Shown here one piece after another: positions 63,274-64,000 of a DNA stretch of 64,000 nt. Below the pieces are notes generated by a model, which saw only the letters and a list, made by a program, of their open reading frames with translations, made no database searches and was not told the DNA's origin. The stretch comes from Acidimicrobiales bacterium. GTDB lineage: Bacteria; Actinomycetota; Acidimicrobiia; Acidimicrobiales; Bog-793. Within the stretch, counting starts at the first letter, position 1; every line of letters begins with the position of its first letter. Position numbers and translations under genes: made by a program. Where the stretch lies: the NCBI GenBank assembly GCA_035625025.1, contig DASPQJ010000054.1, positions 71,764 to 135,763 of the forward strand, written 5' to 3'.

Positions 63274-64000
63274 TTGAACAGCTCGACGAATCGTGCAGAA
63301 TCCGTGGACCTCCGACGCCATCGGAGCCTCGGACTTAGCGACGATGAGTACGGCATGATCGTCAGGATTCTCGGACGGAAGCCGACCGACACGGAGCTCG
63401 CGATGTATTCGGTGATGTGGAGCGAGCACTGCTCGTACAAGTCGTCGCGTATCCACCTGGCCCGACTGCCGACCAAGGCGCCCCACGTGCTGGTCGGGCC
63501 GGGTGAGAACGCCGGGGTTATTGACGTCGGCGACGGAATCGCCGTTGCCATGCGGATCGAAAGTCACAACCACCCCTCGTACATTGAGCCGTACCAAGGA
63601 GCGGCGACGGGAGTCGGTGGGATCCTCCGTGACATCTTCACGATGGGGGCGCGACCCATTGCGCTCATGGATGCACTCTTTTTTGGCTCTCCAGACGAGG
63701 CGCGAAGTCGGTTCATCTTCGACGGCGTCGTACGCGGTGTCGCGGGTTATGGGAATGCGGTCGGTGTGCCAACCGTGGGCGGTCAGGTCACGTTTGATTC
63801 CACCTACCAGTCGAATCCGCTCGTCAATGTCTTCTGCCTCGGATTGTTGCCGATTTCACGGTTGGTGCTCAGTTCAGCCTCGGGTGTCGGCAATCTCGCG
63901 GTCCTCCTTGGCTCCTCGACGGGACGGGACGGGATCGGCGGGGTGAGCGTCCTTGCCTCAGCCGGCTTCGCCGAGGCCGGCGCGGCCGAGGAGTCGTCGA
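63274..64000 (+). CDS. purL: Phosphoribosylformylglycinamidine synthase subunit PurL (5' part; runs off the window end)
   Basis: Absent from the ORF track because no stop lies in the window. My translation gives ..[98 protein letters not shown]... The start is TTG 63274 (in-frame TAA immediately upstream, GGAAGGGG 8 nt before) or GTG 63304. Confidence 0.94.
   Translation, partial: MNSSTNRAESVDLRRHRSLGLSDDEYGMIVRILGRKPTDTELAMYSVMWSEHCSYKSSRIHLARLPTKAPHVLVGPGENAGVIDVGDGIAVAMRIESHNHPSYIEPYQGAATGVGGILRDIFTMGARPIALMDALFFGSPDEARSRFIFDGVVRGVAGYGNAVGVPTVGGQVTFDSTYQSNPLVNVFCLGLLPISRLVLSSASGVGNLAVLLGSSTGRDGIGGVSVLASAGFAEAGAAEESS

Noticed and set aside
63238-63597. 119-aa minus-strand ORF
   Set aside because: It is antisense to the strongly conserved 5' end of purL ([10 protein letters not shown] and ESHNHPS motifs on the plus strand).

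Overview
This window is the replication-origin region of a high-GC Actinomycetota-type chromosome. G+C was judged by eye, not computed. Nearly all of it is conserved housekeeping sequence. Left of the origin, on the minus strand, are dnaA-dnaN-recF-dciA(DUF721)-gyrB-gyrA, with gyrA running off the window start. A compact AT-rich dnaA/dnaN spacer carrying DnaA boxes is the likely oriC. Right of the origin, the content in order is:
- rpmH-rnpA-yidD-yidC-jag-rsmG, an accessory minus-strand ORF, then parA-parB.
- A minus-strand cell-envelope/redox block: cwlM-like, trxA, trxB, a small membrane protein, degV, murJ and a DUF6049-like gene.
- cca, then ino1-padR divergent from a Rv0049-like gene, then panB.
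- rpsF-ssb-rpsR-rplI-dnaB.
- An OmpR/HK two-component pair and an aldo/keto reductase.
- A very GC-rich decayed IS5-type transposase remnant.
- amt-gltB-gltD.
- A frameshifted serine-hydrolase pseudogene.
- DUF1810 and cupin genes, a D,D-carboxypeptidase and a DUF2079-like membrane protein.
- tRNA-Gly(CCC), dcd and gpmA.
- dnaK-grpE-dnaJ-hspR-clpB.
- A tightly coupled purA-purD-purB-purC-purS-purQ block, an antisense ORF, then purL, which runs off the window end.

I found no CRISPR array, rRNA, intact mobile element, defence island or obviously novel multi-gene system. The points most worth a second look are:
1. recF and rpsF have conserved N-termini that can only be translated from CTG codons.
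2. A free-standing, catalytically degenerate LAGLIDADG-like ORF sits between rsmG and parA.
3. Ribosomal protein S18 carries a roughly 70-aa acidic C-terminal extension.
4. Two decayed genes are present, an IS5-like transposase and a serine hydrolase.
5. Several candidate operators and origin-associated repeats are visible.

Many long ORFs in the track are antisense or out-of-frame artefacts typical of high-GC DNA, and I rejected them.
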